Position numbers and translations under genes: made by a program. Under the pieces are notes generated by a model, which saw only the letters and a list, made by a program, of their open reading frames with translations, was not told where the DNA came from and did no database searches. DNA of 64,000 nt from Octopus sinensis (lineage: Eukaryota), in assembly GCF_006345805.1 (NCBI RefSeq), contig NC_042997.1, positions 69,688,001 to 69,752,000 on the forward strand, in the 5' to 3' direction. How positions within the stretch are numbered: position 1 is the first letter of the stretch; each line of letters begins with the position of its first letter. Positions 15,120-27,480 of this stretch are shown here, piece after piece.

Positions 15120-15428
15120 CACGCGCACACATATGCTTATATGCGCATGTGACTGCATCTAAGTGTGTGTGCGTGACTGTGTGTTTCTACGGCACTGAAA
15201 ATGTCAAAATAATAAGCTAGTGTCAACCGGAAGTAAGTTAGCCTTTCCTCAATTTTTTGTCTTCCATGTCTTGTGACATTTCATTCCGATCTTTCTTCGT
15301 TTTCTTTGGCAGCTAGCATCTTACCTGCTTTTCTTATCTTTTAAGCACATCTTGCACACCATCTTTCCATCTAATCGCCGTATATTTATATATGACGGTT
15401 TGATGTATTTGTATGTATCTGTGGTGTG

Positions 15429-15497
<69 letters not shown>

Positions 15498-15545
15498 TTT
15501 TATATGTTTCAGCCTTGAGGTTGCAGTCATGCTGTGGCACCGCCA

Positions 15546-15596
<51 letters not shown>

Positions 15597-15900
15597 GAGG
15601 GAGAGGGAGAGAGAGAGAGAGAGCAATAAGAAAATGGAGGGGATCAATAGGTGGTTCATCAACTTTTAGATATTATATTATGTCAACTTATTTATTTATT
15701 TACTAAACTGACAATTACAAGAATATACATATATGTATAACATATTATGCTTTACATATAACATATAAAATATACATATATATATATGCATGTATCTATA
15801 TATGTATGCGTATATATATACACATATATATATATATATAAATATAATATATATAATATATATATATATATATAGTATGTATGTGTGTAAAAATATGATT

Positions 15901-16080
15901 TTTTTCCCTCTGTCTTCCCTTCTCTGGATCTTTCCTTCTCCTATGTTTCCGACGAAGAGCTCCGCTCGAAACGTTAAACCCTCCTTCTTTCCTTCTTTCC
16001 TGAGCGTCCAATAATTCTATATTTGTTCCACGTCCTCGCGTTGTTGTGTTTTTTCGTGTTTTCTTGTTGGATTAACTATA
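15901..16080 (+). mobile_element. Penelope-like-element-type terminus with a minimal hammerhead-like motif, ending in (TA)n
   Basis: CCGACGAAGAGCTCCGCTCGAAACGTT motif followed by a T-rich tail and a (TA)n tract. Similar architecture at about 32010-32150 and 36790-36970. The Penelope assignment is by motif resemblance only. Confidence 0.5.
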
Positions 16081-16132
16081 TATATATCTATATATATATA
16101 TAGATATATATGTGAGTCTGTGAGTGTATATA

Positions 16133-16178
<46 letters not shown>

Positions 16179-16990
16179 TATATATATATGTGTGTGTGTG
16201 TGTGTATGTATATATATGTGTGTGTGTGTGTAAAATTTTGTTTCAGAAGTGGCTCTACTGCTATAAAATATTGATGTCATATAGTTAATGTATGTATTTT
16301 GTTTAAACGCTTTCGGGGGCATATTTCGTCCAGGATAATCTCCCTTTAAGACGTAGAGTGTTAGAAAACACAGAGTAACCCAAACAGCCAGATGAGATGT
16401 TTCTAACTCAAATTGAACTTTGCTTTAGTGGCGCGGCGGTGTTGCAGAACAGGAGACAGATTTTACGCTACCTGAAATACATGTCTCAGACTAGGGATTT
16501 GAATTCACTTGGAGAGTGACTCATGTATATGCTATGATGAGCTGAAATAACAGTGAAATATCGCTGAGGGTTTCGCTTTGTTCTAAGGTATTTATGAAAT
16601 CATTTACAGTATGTACAAAAGCGCAGAATGGATAATGAAGTCAAAAGATATACTCTGTGATGTAAACAAACAAAAGAAATTGGTCGCAACTAAATAACAA
16701 CAACAACAACAACAGGAATAACAACATGCTTTTCAGTTTTAGTCCACTCGGACTTTGCAAAAAGCAAAACAAAACATAGCCTACAATAATTTCAATCTTT
16801 GTAATGTCGATAGTTAGGATGACATGATAGAACATACCCGATACTGTCATGACCATGCTTTTCTATACAAAAACTACATTTCCCAATGTGTCCACTATTA
16901 CTGCAGACCGAGGGGTGCCATTTGAAGGAGATTTAGTAGTTTATATCTAAGAAACACAATGACTCCCCACGAAACTTTTTTCGTATTAAA

Positions 16991-17143
16991 GCAGGAGTGG
17001 CTGTGTGGTAAGGAGCTTACTTCCCAACTACATGGTTCCGGGTTCAGTCCCGCTGCGTGGCACCTTGGATAAGTGTCTTCTGCTATAGCCTCGGGCCGAT
17101 CAAATCTCTGTGAGTGGATTTGATAGATGGAAACTGAACGAGG

Positions 17144-17198
<55 letters not shown>

Positions 17199-17268
17199 CT
17201 GTATATATATATATGTATATATATATATATACATATATATACACATACATGCATATATGTATGTATAT

Positions 17269-17349
<81 letters not shown>

Positions 17350-17525
17350 CATACATACATACATATATATACATATATATTTATATACATATATATATAT
17401 GTATGTATGCATTTGTGTGTTTGTGTTTATGTCCCCTTAACTTAGCGGTTCGGTGGTAGAGACGATAAAATAAGAACTAGGCTTACAAAGAATAAGTCCT
17501 GGAGTCAATTTGTTCGACTAAAGGC
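16991..17525 (+). mobile_element. tRNA-head SINE family B with an internal (TA)n expansion
   Basis: A-box-like TGGCTGTGTGG and B-box-like GGTTCAGTCCC; body and tail homologous to 55665-56075. About 270 bp of TA-rich repeat sits in the middle. Confidence 0.85.
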
Positions 17526-19223
17526 AAAAGAGCAAAAGAAAGTTATGATAATCAGCCTAAATGCATTAAAAATATTTAGTTTCGACGTTGCAAACTTTGA
17601 AGTTATATCCTTTTCGAGTCATTCTTACCCTCTGTCTTTCGACTATACTCCTGTAAATGAGTGTCGATAATATCAATACAAATAAACTACAGGTGGCGAT
17701 TCAATAGATTATCAATTCCATACAAATTCCTGAACTTAATTAAAGCAGTGTGAAGTCGGTAACTATAATGATAGAGAAAATAGCTAAAATAATTTATAAA
17801 TCTTTATCAAGGAGGCACGTTCTGAAGGATAAGTTATAGTTTATTATATAGTTCTAACTATTTGACTGGGGTTTATTATAACGATTCTGGAATAATGAAA
17901 GGACTCTGTGAACACACATGAGTGTAAAGACTCGTTGACTAATCTTGAGGTTAGACTCAAGCTGATGTGTATAAAAAGGGTTTTACTTAGAAACGGGAGT
18001 ACAATGTAACCAGCAGGTTTCTACACTGATTCTACCGACTAAATTTTTTTCTAGATAACACTTACTGAAAATGTTGTGCACTGTGATAGAACATAAAACT
18101 CATTATTCCGTAGCATTTTGTCTGTTAGAGAACAATACATCGTCCATTTATATTTCACGTTACTTCATTAAAATTTATTTGTTATCCGCGCTGTCTGTTT
18201 TATGAGTCTTTATTAGTTGTCATGACTGTTCAATGCTTGTCACTGTTCACCACCACCAGCCGTTAATCCGTTTAGCCGGACAGCGATTAACAACTGTTTA
18301 TTGACTGATTAGATTTTAACATCGTTATCACTTATTCTCCATTAATGAGGGTATTAAGAAAGAAAATGGAACGTAAAAGATATAGATAACTAACTAAATA
18401 TACAATTAAAAAATAAAACAAAGAGGAAGACGACCCAGATTTGCAGGGAACCTTGCATACACACATTTAGTCTGATATAGTGTATTTTCTTTAACTTTTT
18501 CCACCTTTCTCATGATTATTTTAATCAACTTTATAACGAAACTCACATTGTTTTCATGTAAATATTTCACTCACACCAAAATAACTTTGTGTGTGCGTAC
18601 AAATACACCGAATTATATTGGTCTTTATACAACTATTTGTTTTTATGCAAGGATAAACTGTTGTTTTTTTATATATCTCCATATAAACAGATCTAGCGCC
18701 AGTTCAGTTCGATCAAAGGAATGACCTACTAATTAATTATATGTAGTATTGTGTATTGCACGGATAATTGTGTCTTTCATATAACCAACCATAAGGTTAA
18801 AATCAACATGCTTATGCGCGTAAAAATGTGGGACTTTTTTGAATTACATATACACGTACAGTTCTTCCCATACCAGCTGTCTACCAAATTTTATTCTCGA
18901 AAACCTGTGGTAGAACAGGTAAAATCAGAACACCGAGACGAACTTCTTAACCAGTCAAACATGCCTAGACTCATGTTGATACCACACACACACACACTCA
19001 TCTGTCTTCACTTCGTTCTAAGGCTACATGTACAGACCGTAACAAAACGACATTAAAGACAATGATTACTTATACACAAGGCCAGAAAGTTCAGGGAAAA
19101 AGAGCAGTCGATTAAGTCGATACCAAGACTACACTAACGCTTATTTCATAAGCACCAGAAGCATAAAAGATAGATAAGTCGGGCTCAGCATGTAGGTATA
19201 TGTGTGTGTGTAAAATATACAAG

Positions 19224-19357
19224 CAGTTAAATATGTCCAGGCATAGAGTGAGAAATGGTTTTGCATCAATAAAGCGCTTAGCTTTATAGACGACGCGTCA
19301 AAGTGCTTTATGGTTCCGAAACCATTGCTCACTCTATGACCGGACATACATTTACTG
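19224..19357. repeat. Imperfect inverted repeat (old fold-back/MITE), arms of about 60 bp
   Basis: CAGTTAAATATGTCCAGGCATAGAGTGAGAAATGGTTT pairs with AAACCATTGCTCACTCTATGACCGGACATACATTTACTG. An inner pair is ATAAAGCGCTT/AAGTGCTTTAT. Confidence 0.8.
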
Positions 19358-19448
19358 CATGATGTAAGCATATTACTGCTCTGTCCTTTAGAGTCGGCTT
19401 CTTTTTCAGATATATGATTCACTGAGGATGAGGATGATGATGATGATG

Positions 19449-19500
<52 letters not shown>

Positions 19501-19539
19501 ATACACTCCGTTTCCACTCTGCCGGCCAATCTTATTTTC

Positions 19540-19655
19540 GGGGTCGACTACGCATTTTATCCTTCCTTCGAGGATCGATTAAAATTAAGTACCTGTTAAG
19601 TGCTAGGGTCGATCTATTTAACTGGGCCAGCTCCCCAACCACGAAAGTCTCGACC
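19540..19655 (+). mobile_element. SINE family A fragment
   Basis: GGTCGAC..TTTTATCC..TTCGAGGATCGATTAAAATTAAGTACCTGTTAAGTGCTAGGGTCGAT resembles the family core. Confidence 0.7.
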
Positions 19656-19734
19656 TAGCGTTTTATTGTTATAAATTGTTGTGTCGCTTAATTTTCGTTT
19701 ATCTCCCGTGATTGTCTTTCAGTTACAATAATTT

Positions 19735-19774
<40 letters not shown>

Positions 19775-20134
19775 TTTTCTTTCTTTGTGGCTTTCTTCTA
19801 TTTGTAAAGAATCAGCTGTTTGAAATCTGGAGTTCCCTGCCCTTTGGCTACGGACTTTGCGAGTGTGTACGTGTTCGTACGCAAGCGTGTTTGTACGTAT
19901 GCACGTGAGCGTGCGCGCGCATGTATGTGTATGTGTGTGTGTGTGTATGAGCGTGCGCATGTGCGAGAGAAAGAGAAGACGAGTCCATGCATGTTTGTAA
20001 ATTTGTCTGCACATGAGCATGTGCGACCGTATGTATACTTATTTTAGCGTGGATATCTCTGAGCGTATTTATCTGTGTGCGTATGTATATTTCTTTGCGT
20101 GTGTACATGTGTTAACATGCCTGTGAATGCTTCC

Positions 20135-20165
<31 letters not shown>

Positions 20166-20586
20166 TGCTTGTTTTGTGCTCTATGTGTATGGGTGTGAGT
20201 CAGTCTGCGCTCAAAAGTTCTGAAACAAAAAATGAAAATGCAATAAAGAAATAGATAAAGTAAACGGATAACAAAATGAAAGTAAAGTAAAAACAAAGAG
20301 AGTTAAAACGAGTAGTGCAGCCGTGTGTAGCTCAAGCATAGCATGCACGGAGTCACGCACGGAGAACGGATGCACGGCAGCTAGCAAGGAGCTTGTCCAT
20401 GTGTTCTTACTAACTTCCAGATAATTCTCCATATCGCTTGTTCGTCCGTTAAGCCCTTTTAGGCGACGATTGTGAATAAAGGGTGGCATAGTGTGTTCTT
20501 GTGTATGTATGTATGTATGTATGCATCGATGGTCGGATGTGATGTGCACGCGCGCGTGCCTCTGTGTGTGTGTGTGGTGTGTGTGT

Positions 20587-20619
<33 letters not shown>

Positions 20620-20770
20620 TTTTTGGAAGCAATGTTGTTTGAAAAAGTAAGGATTACCAGTACCAAGGAAACGAGTAAGTGAAATATAAAGCATAACACA
20701 TACAGGAATATATATGTGATGCTTCGAGCACGCATGCACACGCTCACATGCATAGTAAATACACATTCTA

Positions 20771-20810
<40 letters not shown>

Positions 20811-23738
20811 AGACATACAAGGAATATTGAAGATTCTAATCTGTACTCGGGTTTCTCATCCGGAAACAAAATGTGATCAGCAGTACAAAATGCGAGAAAA
20901 GAAGGCGGGTAGTGTTGATGATATGATAGTGGGGATTAGCTCGGGTTTCATCAAGCATGACAAGAGGTTGGTTACTTTCTTAAAATTCCTTACTATTAAG
21001 CTGGCTTGCATATCGATATATCGAAGTAAGTCCGAGCACACTATCTACAGTACCACACGACTTGTTAGAAAATAAAATAAAATAATCGTTCTTAAGAGAG
21101 GAAGGACATGTTTGTTAAATACCCATAGATATTCTATGTCTAAATGAAATTGTCAAATCATACGCAACAATTTTTTAGAAGTGTGAAGATTCATCCAATA
21201 ATGTAATCGTACAAATAATGTTTAAAAACTGGAAGGTAGAGCGCCATAATGTAATACTACAAGGCATCTTGCCCAACGCTCTAACTTTTCTGCCAATGCA
21301 TCTCAAGTTGTATAATTAGTATAATGAAATGAATACTAATAATCAAAATATATAAAAAAATGTTAAGTTCAAATATAATTAGATGTAGCAAATTTCTCAT
21401 TTGTATATTTACAATGAATATATATTATTAATAACTATAATACTGATTAAATATCAGTTAATTAAAAATGTAACGTTAAAGATTTCAAATAAAATATCCT
21501 GGTATTTTTTAGCATAACAAAGCAATCAGCCAACAATTAATATGATCAGTATTAATCGTTTTCAAATGGGCCTCAGTTATACCGATATCAATTGTAGTTG
21601 AGAAATTGTTTTTCTTTTTCTATGAGGCATCTATTCTATAAAACATTAAATTGCCCCTCTCCCACCATTATCAGTTGTATTACATAATTTTGCTGTGAAT
21701 TGTAACAAATACGTTGTCGATTAAAATCTTTAGTATTACTCAGACACGCACACACACGCACATATGTCCTAATTCTGTTTATCTTTTATCCTCAGTTTTT
21801 ATTTCATTTCTCTGTTTCTTTTATTTTTTCCATAATTTAATCAGCAAGGAAGAAATATGCCTATGAACTATATTGGCCCATCGAGCTTGATGAGATCGAG
21901 GTGGTTTGTGTTCAGTTTCAAAGTCTTGAAATCAATACCTACAGGATATATGCGTGATCGAGCTAACTCCAGAGAGTTGATGTTGTAAAAAGAAAAGATT
22001 GTATATCTTGGTTACTGAGGGCTGTGAACAGTGAGACATGATAAGTTTCAGAAGGTGGAGAGATGAATATGATTTGGGAAAGAAAGGAACAGCAATGATT
22101 GTAGCAGTCATGGAACAGCTAAAGCGAAAATAAAGTGCGTCTGTGGAGCAGAAAGTGCAGTATTTGTGGTGGAGATTTTGCCAGTCACTTGGATGGTTTT
22201 CGTTTGGATGCAGTCCAGAATATGTGTGTGTATGTGTGCCTGCGTGTGTGTATGTGTTTGTGTGGTGGTGTGTGTATGTATGTGTGAGTGAGCGTGTGTA
22301 TATAAGTGTGAGTGTGCGTGTGCGTATCCGTGTGAGCAGCCTCAGCCAAGATCATGGAAAAGTATATCATTGTGTTTTGTTTAAGTCTTATAAAGGGCGA
22401 GCAACTGTTTAAAGCGAAGTATTTCATAACCTTATAAAGGAAGGTTAATCAATTTGTCTTCCACACATATATTCTTACAGCCCCATTACATAGATCTATT
22501 TATCCCATATTCTTCTCCCTCCTCCTAATTTCTCTTTCTTCATCGACAACTCCCTTGCTTTTGATTCCTTCTAGTCCACTCTTTATTCTTTTTAACCTTT
22601 CTCTACTTCTATGTCCTTGCCTTTTCGCCAGTTTTATTTCCTCTGCTATTCTTTGCTCCCTTCTGTCAATCTTCTTTTAGATGACTACCCCATTTTAACC
22701 ATATTTATTGTTTCCCCCCTCTCTCTCTCCCCTCTCTCTTTCCGCAATTTCGGCATTCCGTTTATTCTTCTCTTTCCACCCAACATCACCATCGTCTCCG
22801 TCATTTATTCAATCCGCTTCTTTTACCTTCTTACACCTGCCTTCTCTCAAAACTTACACCACTTTTCCCCAAAACTCAGCTCATGGGCACTTTTTGCGAC
22901 CATCTCATAATGCAGCTCTTTTCTTTCCAATCTTTCAACACCATTGCCACTTTTAAAGACTTCCTTTTCTGCATATTTTCTTTTTTTCTCTTCACTTTAC
23001 TCTTTCTTTCGATGTCTTTCTCTGATTCTTTCATCACTAACACTTTATCACCTCTCTGTACCAACAAAACTATGACAGATCATCTACATAGTTGAACAGC
23101 TTGTTAGAAATAGCAGCTAATTCTCCTTAAAGATGAAAAAATCATACTCTAATCGTTGGATTATGTGCTTCTAAACGAACAATGAGCAAAAACCGAAAAA
23201 CAATCGTGGTTAAAATTCGTTAAAATGGTCGACCAGAACTGACTTAAGGCTAAACAAAAATAACTTGGACAACAGCCGCAACAACAAAATTGCCCAGTTT
23301 TCCCATTTATATCCTTTTATATCTCATGCATATTCATATCGCTCTATTCTTTCTATCACCCACATCGATCCACTTTCTTCCTCTTAATAGTCCCATTCCT
23401 CCCTTTTGTAATCACCTTTTCCTTAGTTTTCACTATTTCTTCTCCTACATATTCATTTTTGTTTTACTCTCCTTCCGTCTCGTCCCTCCTACAACATAAA
23501 TTCTTTATATCTTTATTCAATAGTTTTGCTTCTAACCGTTGTTTATTGACTTTACTTTGCTCTGTTCTTGTTGCCTTGTTTTATTTTTCTTCTTTCTCTA
23601 TACACTTTTATTATCTTGCCTTCAGAGTACTACATAAATATATAGGTATATTCTCTTTCTCTTTCTTCTTTCACTCCATAAACATAAATATATACATGTA
23701 TACATATGTGCGAATGCGTGTATGTGTATACAAACATC

Positions 23739-23789
<51 letters not shown>

Positions 23790-24031
23790 TTATTTATATA
23801 TGTATATACATATATATATACATATATATATACATATACACACACATATATATATACACATGTAGATATGTATCTATGTGTGTGTGTATATATATATACA
23901 CACATATATACATATATACGTACATATATATATACATCCATGCAAACACATAACTACACATACATATATAAATATATAGATACACAGATACATACATGCT
24001 TAAATATATACGTTCATACAAACGTACATAA

Positions 24032-24065
<34 letters not shown>

Positions 24066-24610
24066 ACTGTTTCATACACACAGAATAATAACAACAGCAG
24101 CAGTAACACAGCACACACATATTATAGGATGTGAGAGTGAAATAAACATTGTTATATGCGTATTACCCCTTGAGGCATATGAAATAAGTCGTCCATTTGA
24201 TCCTTGTTATTTCCGTGATTCAATCAAAGTCGCCTGTATTTTCCTGTAGCTTTTCTCTTTTCCCTACCAATCTCACGCCATACTAAACCAACAAAGTTTC
24301 TTTCTTGCTGTCAATCTTTCTTTGTTTCCTTTCTTTCTTCCTTTCTTCTTTCTCTTTTTTTTTATTTTTCTTCATAAATGATAATAAATCCATTGAGAAC
24401 ACACCAGATAGAGAAAAACAATTGCCCAAATACAACATTTGATCATATTTAGCACAGAAACAAGGCCAAAAATTTGATGAGTGAGGTTAATCGAATCCCT
24501 CTCTTGACTGGTCCTTTTATTTGTCGACTCTAGAATGATAAGAGACGAAGTTCACCTAGACAGAATTTGAACTCAGGTCTTAGAGAGTCGGAACAAATGA
24601 CAATAACAAT

Positions 24611-24820
24611 CCTCTCTACAATAAGAAGAGCTGAAATTTTGGTGTCGAGGGCTAGTTGATAACATCAGCACAAGTACTCAACTGGTTTTAATTTCATAGA
24701 CCCCGAAAGGGAAGAAAGGCAAAGTTCGACCTCCACGGAATTTGAACTGAGAATGTAAAGCCGTAAGAAATACTGCAAAAGCATTTTGCACGACGCGGTA
24801 ATGAGTCTGCCAGCTCGCCT
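24611..24820 (-). mobile_element. SINE family A, older copy (tail type 2)
   Basis: Reverse complement of the AGGCGAGCTGGCAG head, the GAGTTCAAATT..GAGGTCGAC core and the CCAGTTGAGTAC tail; diverged. Another degenerate piece lies at about 24480-24600. Confidence 0.8.
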
Positions 24821-24915
24821 AACAACAACAACAACAACAACAATAATAATAATCGGCCTTGCCTTTCATCATTTCGGGGTCGATAGAATAAGTATCCGTT
24901 GAGCACTATGGTCAA

Positions 24916-25080
24916 CGATCTGAGTTCAAATTCCGCCGAGGTCGACTTTGCCTTTCATCCTTTCGGGGTCGATTAAATAAGTACCAGTTACGCACTGGGG
25001 TCGATATAATCGACTTAATCCGTTTGTCTGTCCTTGTTTGTCCTCTCTGTGTTTAGCCCCTTGTGGGTAGTAAAGAAATA
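24916..25080 (+). mobile_element. 5'-truncated young SINE (family A, tail type 1) nested in an older family-A copy, 11-bp TSD
   Basis: ACTATGGTCAA occurs at 24905-24915 and 25081-25091. Removing the insert restores a continuous older SINE (about 24855-25146). About 94% identical by manual comparison to the reverse complement of 32356-32520. Confidence 0.9.
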
Positions 25081-25148
25081 ACTATGGTCAATGTAATCAA
25101 TTTGCCACCGCCCCTGGAATTACTGGCTTTGAGCCAAAATTTGTAAGC

Positions 25149-25179
<31 letters not shown>

Positions 25180-26967
25180 AGAAAAAAGAAGAGGATTTCT
25201 TTATTACGTTCATGTGTACCTTAAAGTACACACAATATCGATTCAAAATATGACATTGGTGTTTACAAAAATCAAATAACAAATTTACAATTGGTTGAAA
25301 ATTTTACTCAGACGGAAATGCATAGTATCGTTTATTTATGTTCTAATTTTGTTTATGCATACTGTTAACTCTTAATTAATTTTAACCGGAAAGGAGTCAC
25401 ATGATAATTATTTAACAATGGACAGCGTTTATTTACTTGATTCAATTATTATTTTGTCCATATTTTATTTCAATTCTGTATAATGCAATATATTGACGAA
25501 TTGGCAAATTTGTTACATTGCCAGATAGAATATACTGCAGTATTTATTCCGGCTATCTGATCTCAAACACTTTTGAGATCGAAGTAAGCTTTGAAACTTT
25601 CGGGTGGATAAATAAAATCCAAATACAGTACTAAGGTGATAATTACTTTTTCTCTCTTTTTCCTTTGGACTGTACTGATAATTCAATGGCCTCGAGTCAC
25701 ATTAATTTAACTTGGGGTTTACGTTTAAGTTTTAAGTGTTAAAATTCGGTAATGAAGTTACTGAAGTAGCTGAATATTTATCGTCGAAACTGACGGAGAA
25801 TATATCATCACACTTGTTATCAGTCTTTTGGTTTCTATAGTTTCAGTTTTCTCCATCATCCATTTAGTTAAAGCTTTTGTTGCTGATTTTTTTATTTCTG
25901 GTTTGTTATTTCAGTATTCAGCTGACCGCTATATGAATTAGTTTCACTGATTTTGTTGCTATTGTTTATCCTTAAATCGACCCTGTTTGAGTAACAATAT
26001 GATTAAAGGCATTCCAGCCGTGACTGTTCAGTTGTTTTAGTTTATCTTGAACTACATAGTCCAATTTCTTTTTTAAGGCGGCAGATGATTTGAGAGAAAA
26101 AAGAATTGACTGATATTTACAGCAACTCAAGCGTTGCGGCTTTTTGTTAGCTAATAACCAACGATCACTACCTTCGATGTCAAAATGCCTTAGCAGAATT
26201 ATTAGAAAGCAATTCTGTATGGTGTTTAATACCTAAGCGTAAACTGGTGAATAGTTTTTAGATTCTTAGTTTTACTAAGTAAAACACACATGCACTAACA
26301 TACGTTTGTATTATTTTTGTTTTATCGTTCATAAGTAATCAAAATTATATCTTTTATGAAGTACCTGTTAATGTTTTTGTATTAATGTAGTTGATAAGAG
26401 AAGTTATAAGCATTAATTTAAAGTCTGTTGATATAACTTGAAACAAATATCTCGTGACAGATTCAGGATTTGACTCTCGTCAGTAGATTTGTTCTGCGTT
26501 GTGTTTCAAATTCGGGATCATGTCAAATAACTACTACACCCTTTATGTAGACGTGTACATAATCTATTTTATGTGTATATGGTAACGTTATTCACTAATC
26601 TGTACTAAAAGGTTTCATACAAGCAGTGTTGTTTGGTCTGCTCTACATCGGTGAACTGAAATAGATACTAGAGATAGAATATGGCCTTTTTAAAAGGACA
26701 TTAACATGAAGAAATATTACAAGTAAGTTGCCTAAGCAGTGGTATCGGTCATAACTTAAAATAAATGACGTACGCAGCCGAAGGGATCTAATGCAACAAA
26801 ACAATCGTTCTACCTATCAATTTCATAGTTTTCGAAATAAGTGGGATTTACCACTTCCGCATCCTTTTGTGTCACTTCCATTTTTTATATTCATTGATAT
26901 TTATGGTCACTGATATTTAATTGATTCGGCACACACGCACATTGAGTCGGCGATCGCACGTCCGCAC

Positions 26968-27011
<44 letters not shown>

Positions 27012-27230
27012 CACACACACACACCACACACACACGCACGCACACACACACACACACACACATACTTGTGTGTGAGTACGTATGTATGTATATATATATA
27101 TATATAAATATATGTATAAATATATACACATGTGGTGATCCAGCATGACCGCAGCTACATGGCTGAAACGAATAAAAGACTATATTTACATATATACATA
27201 TATATATGTGTGTGTGCACGCGCGTGTATG

Positions 27231-27261
<31 letters not shown>

Positions 27262-27480
27262 ATACGTGGTGCTCCAGCATGACCGCAGCTACATGACTGA
27301 AACGAATAGAAAACTACATATACATTTACATATATATGTGTGTGTGTATTCATGTGTGTGTGTGTGTGTGTGCATGTATATATATATACACACACATATA
27401 CGCACACGCACACACATACCTAAATATTTATATACACATATGAAATTATCAGTATTTGACTTTGTTGATTTTACTGTTTT

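Noticed and set aside
20408-20420. Perfect TACTAAC branch point followed by TTCCAG
   Set aside because: The branch A is only about 7 nt from the AG, too close for a typical intron, and no downstream exon is evident.
24611-25146. Clustered repeats with GTCGAC/GTCGAT motifs resembling a CRISPR array or recombination sites
   Set aside because: They are dispersed and nested SINE copies with TSDs in a eukaryotic locus. No regular repeat-spacer periodicity and no cas genes.
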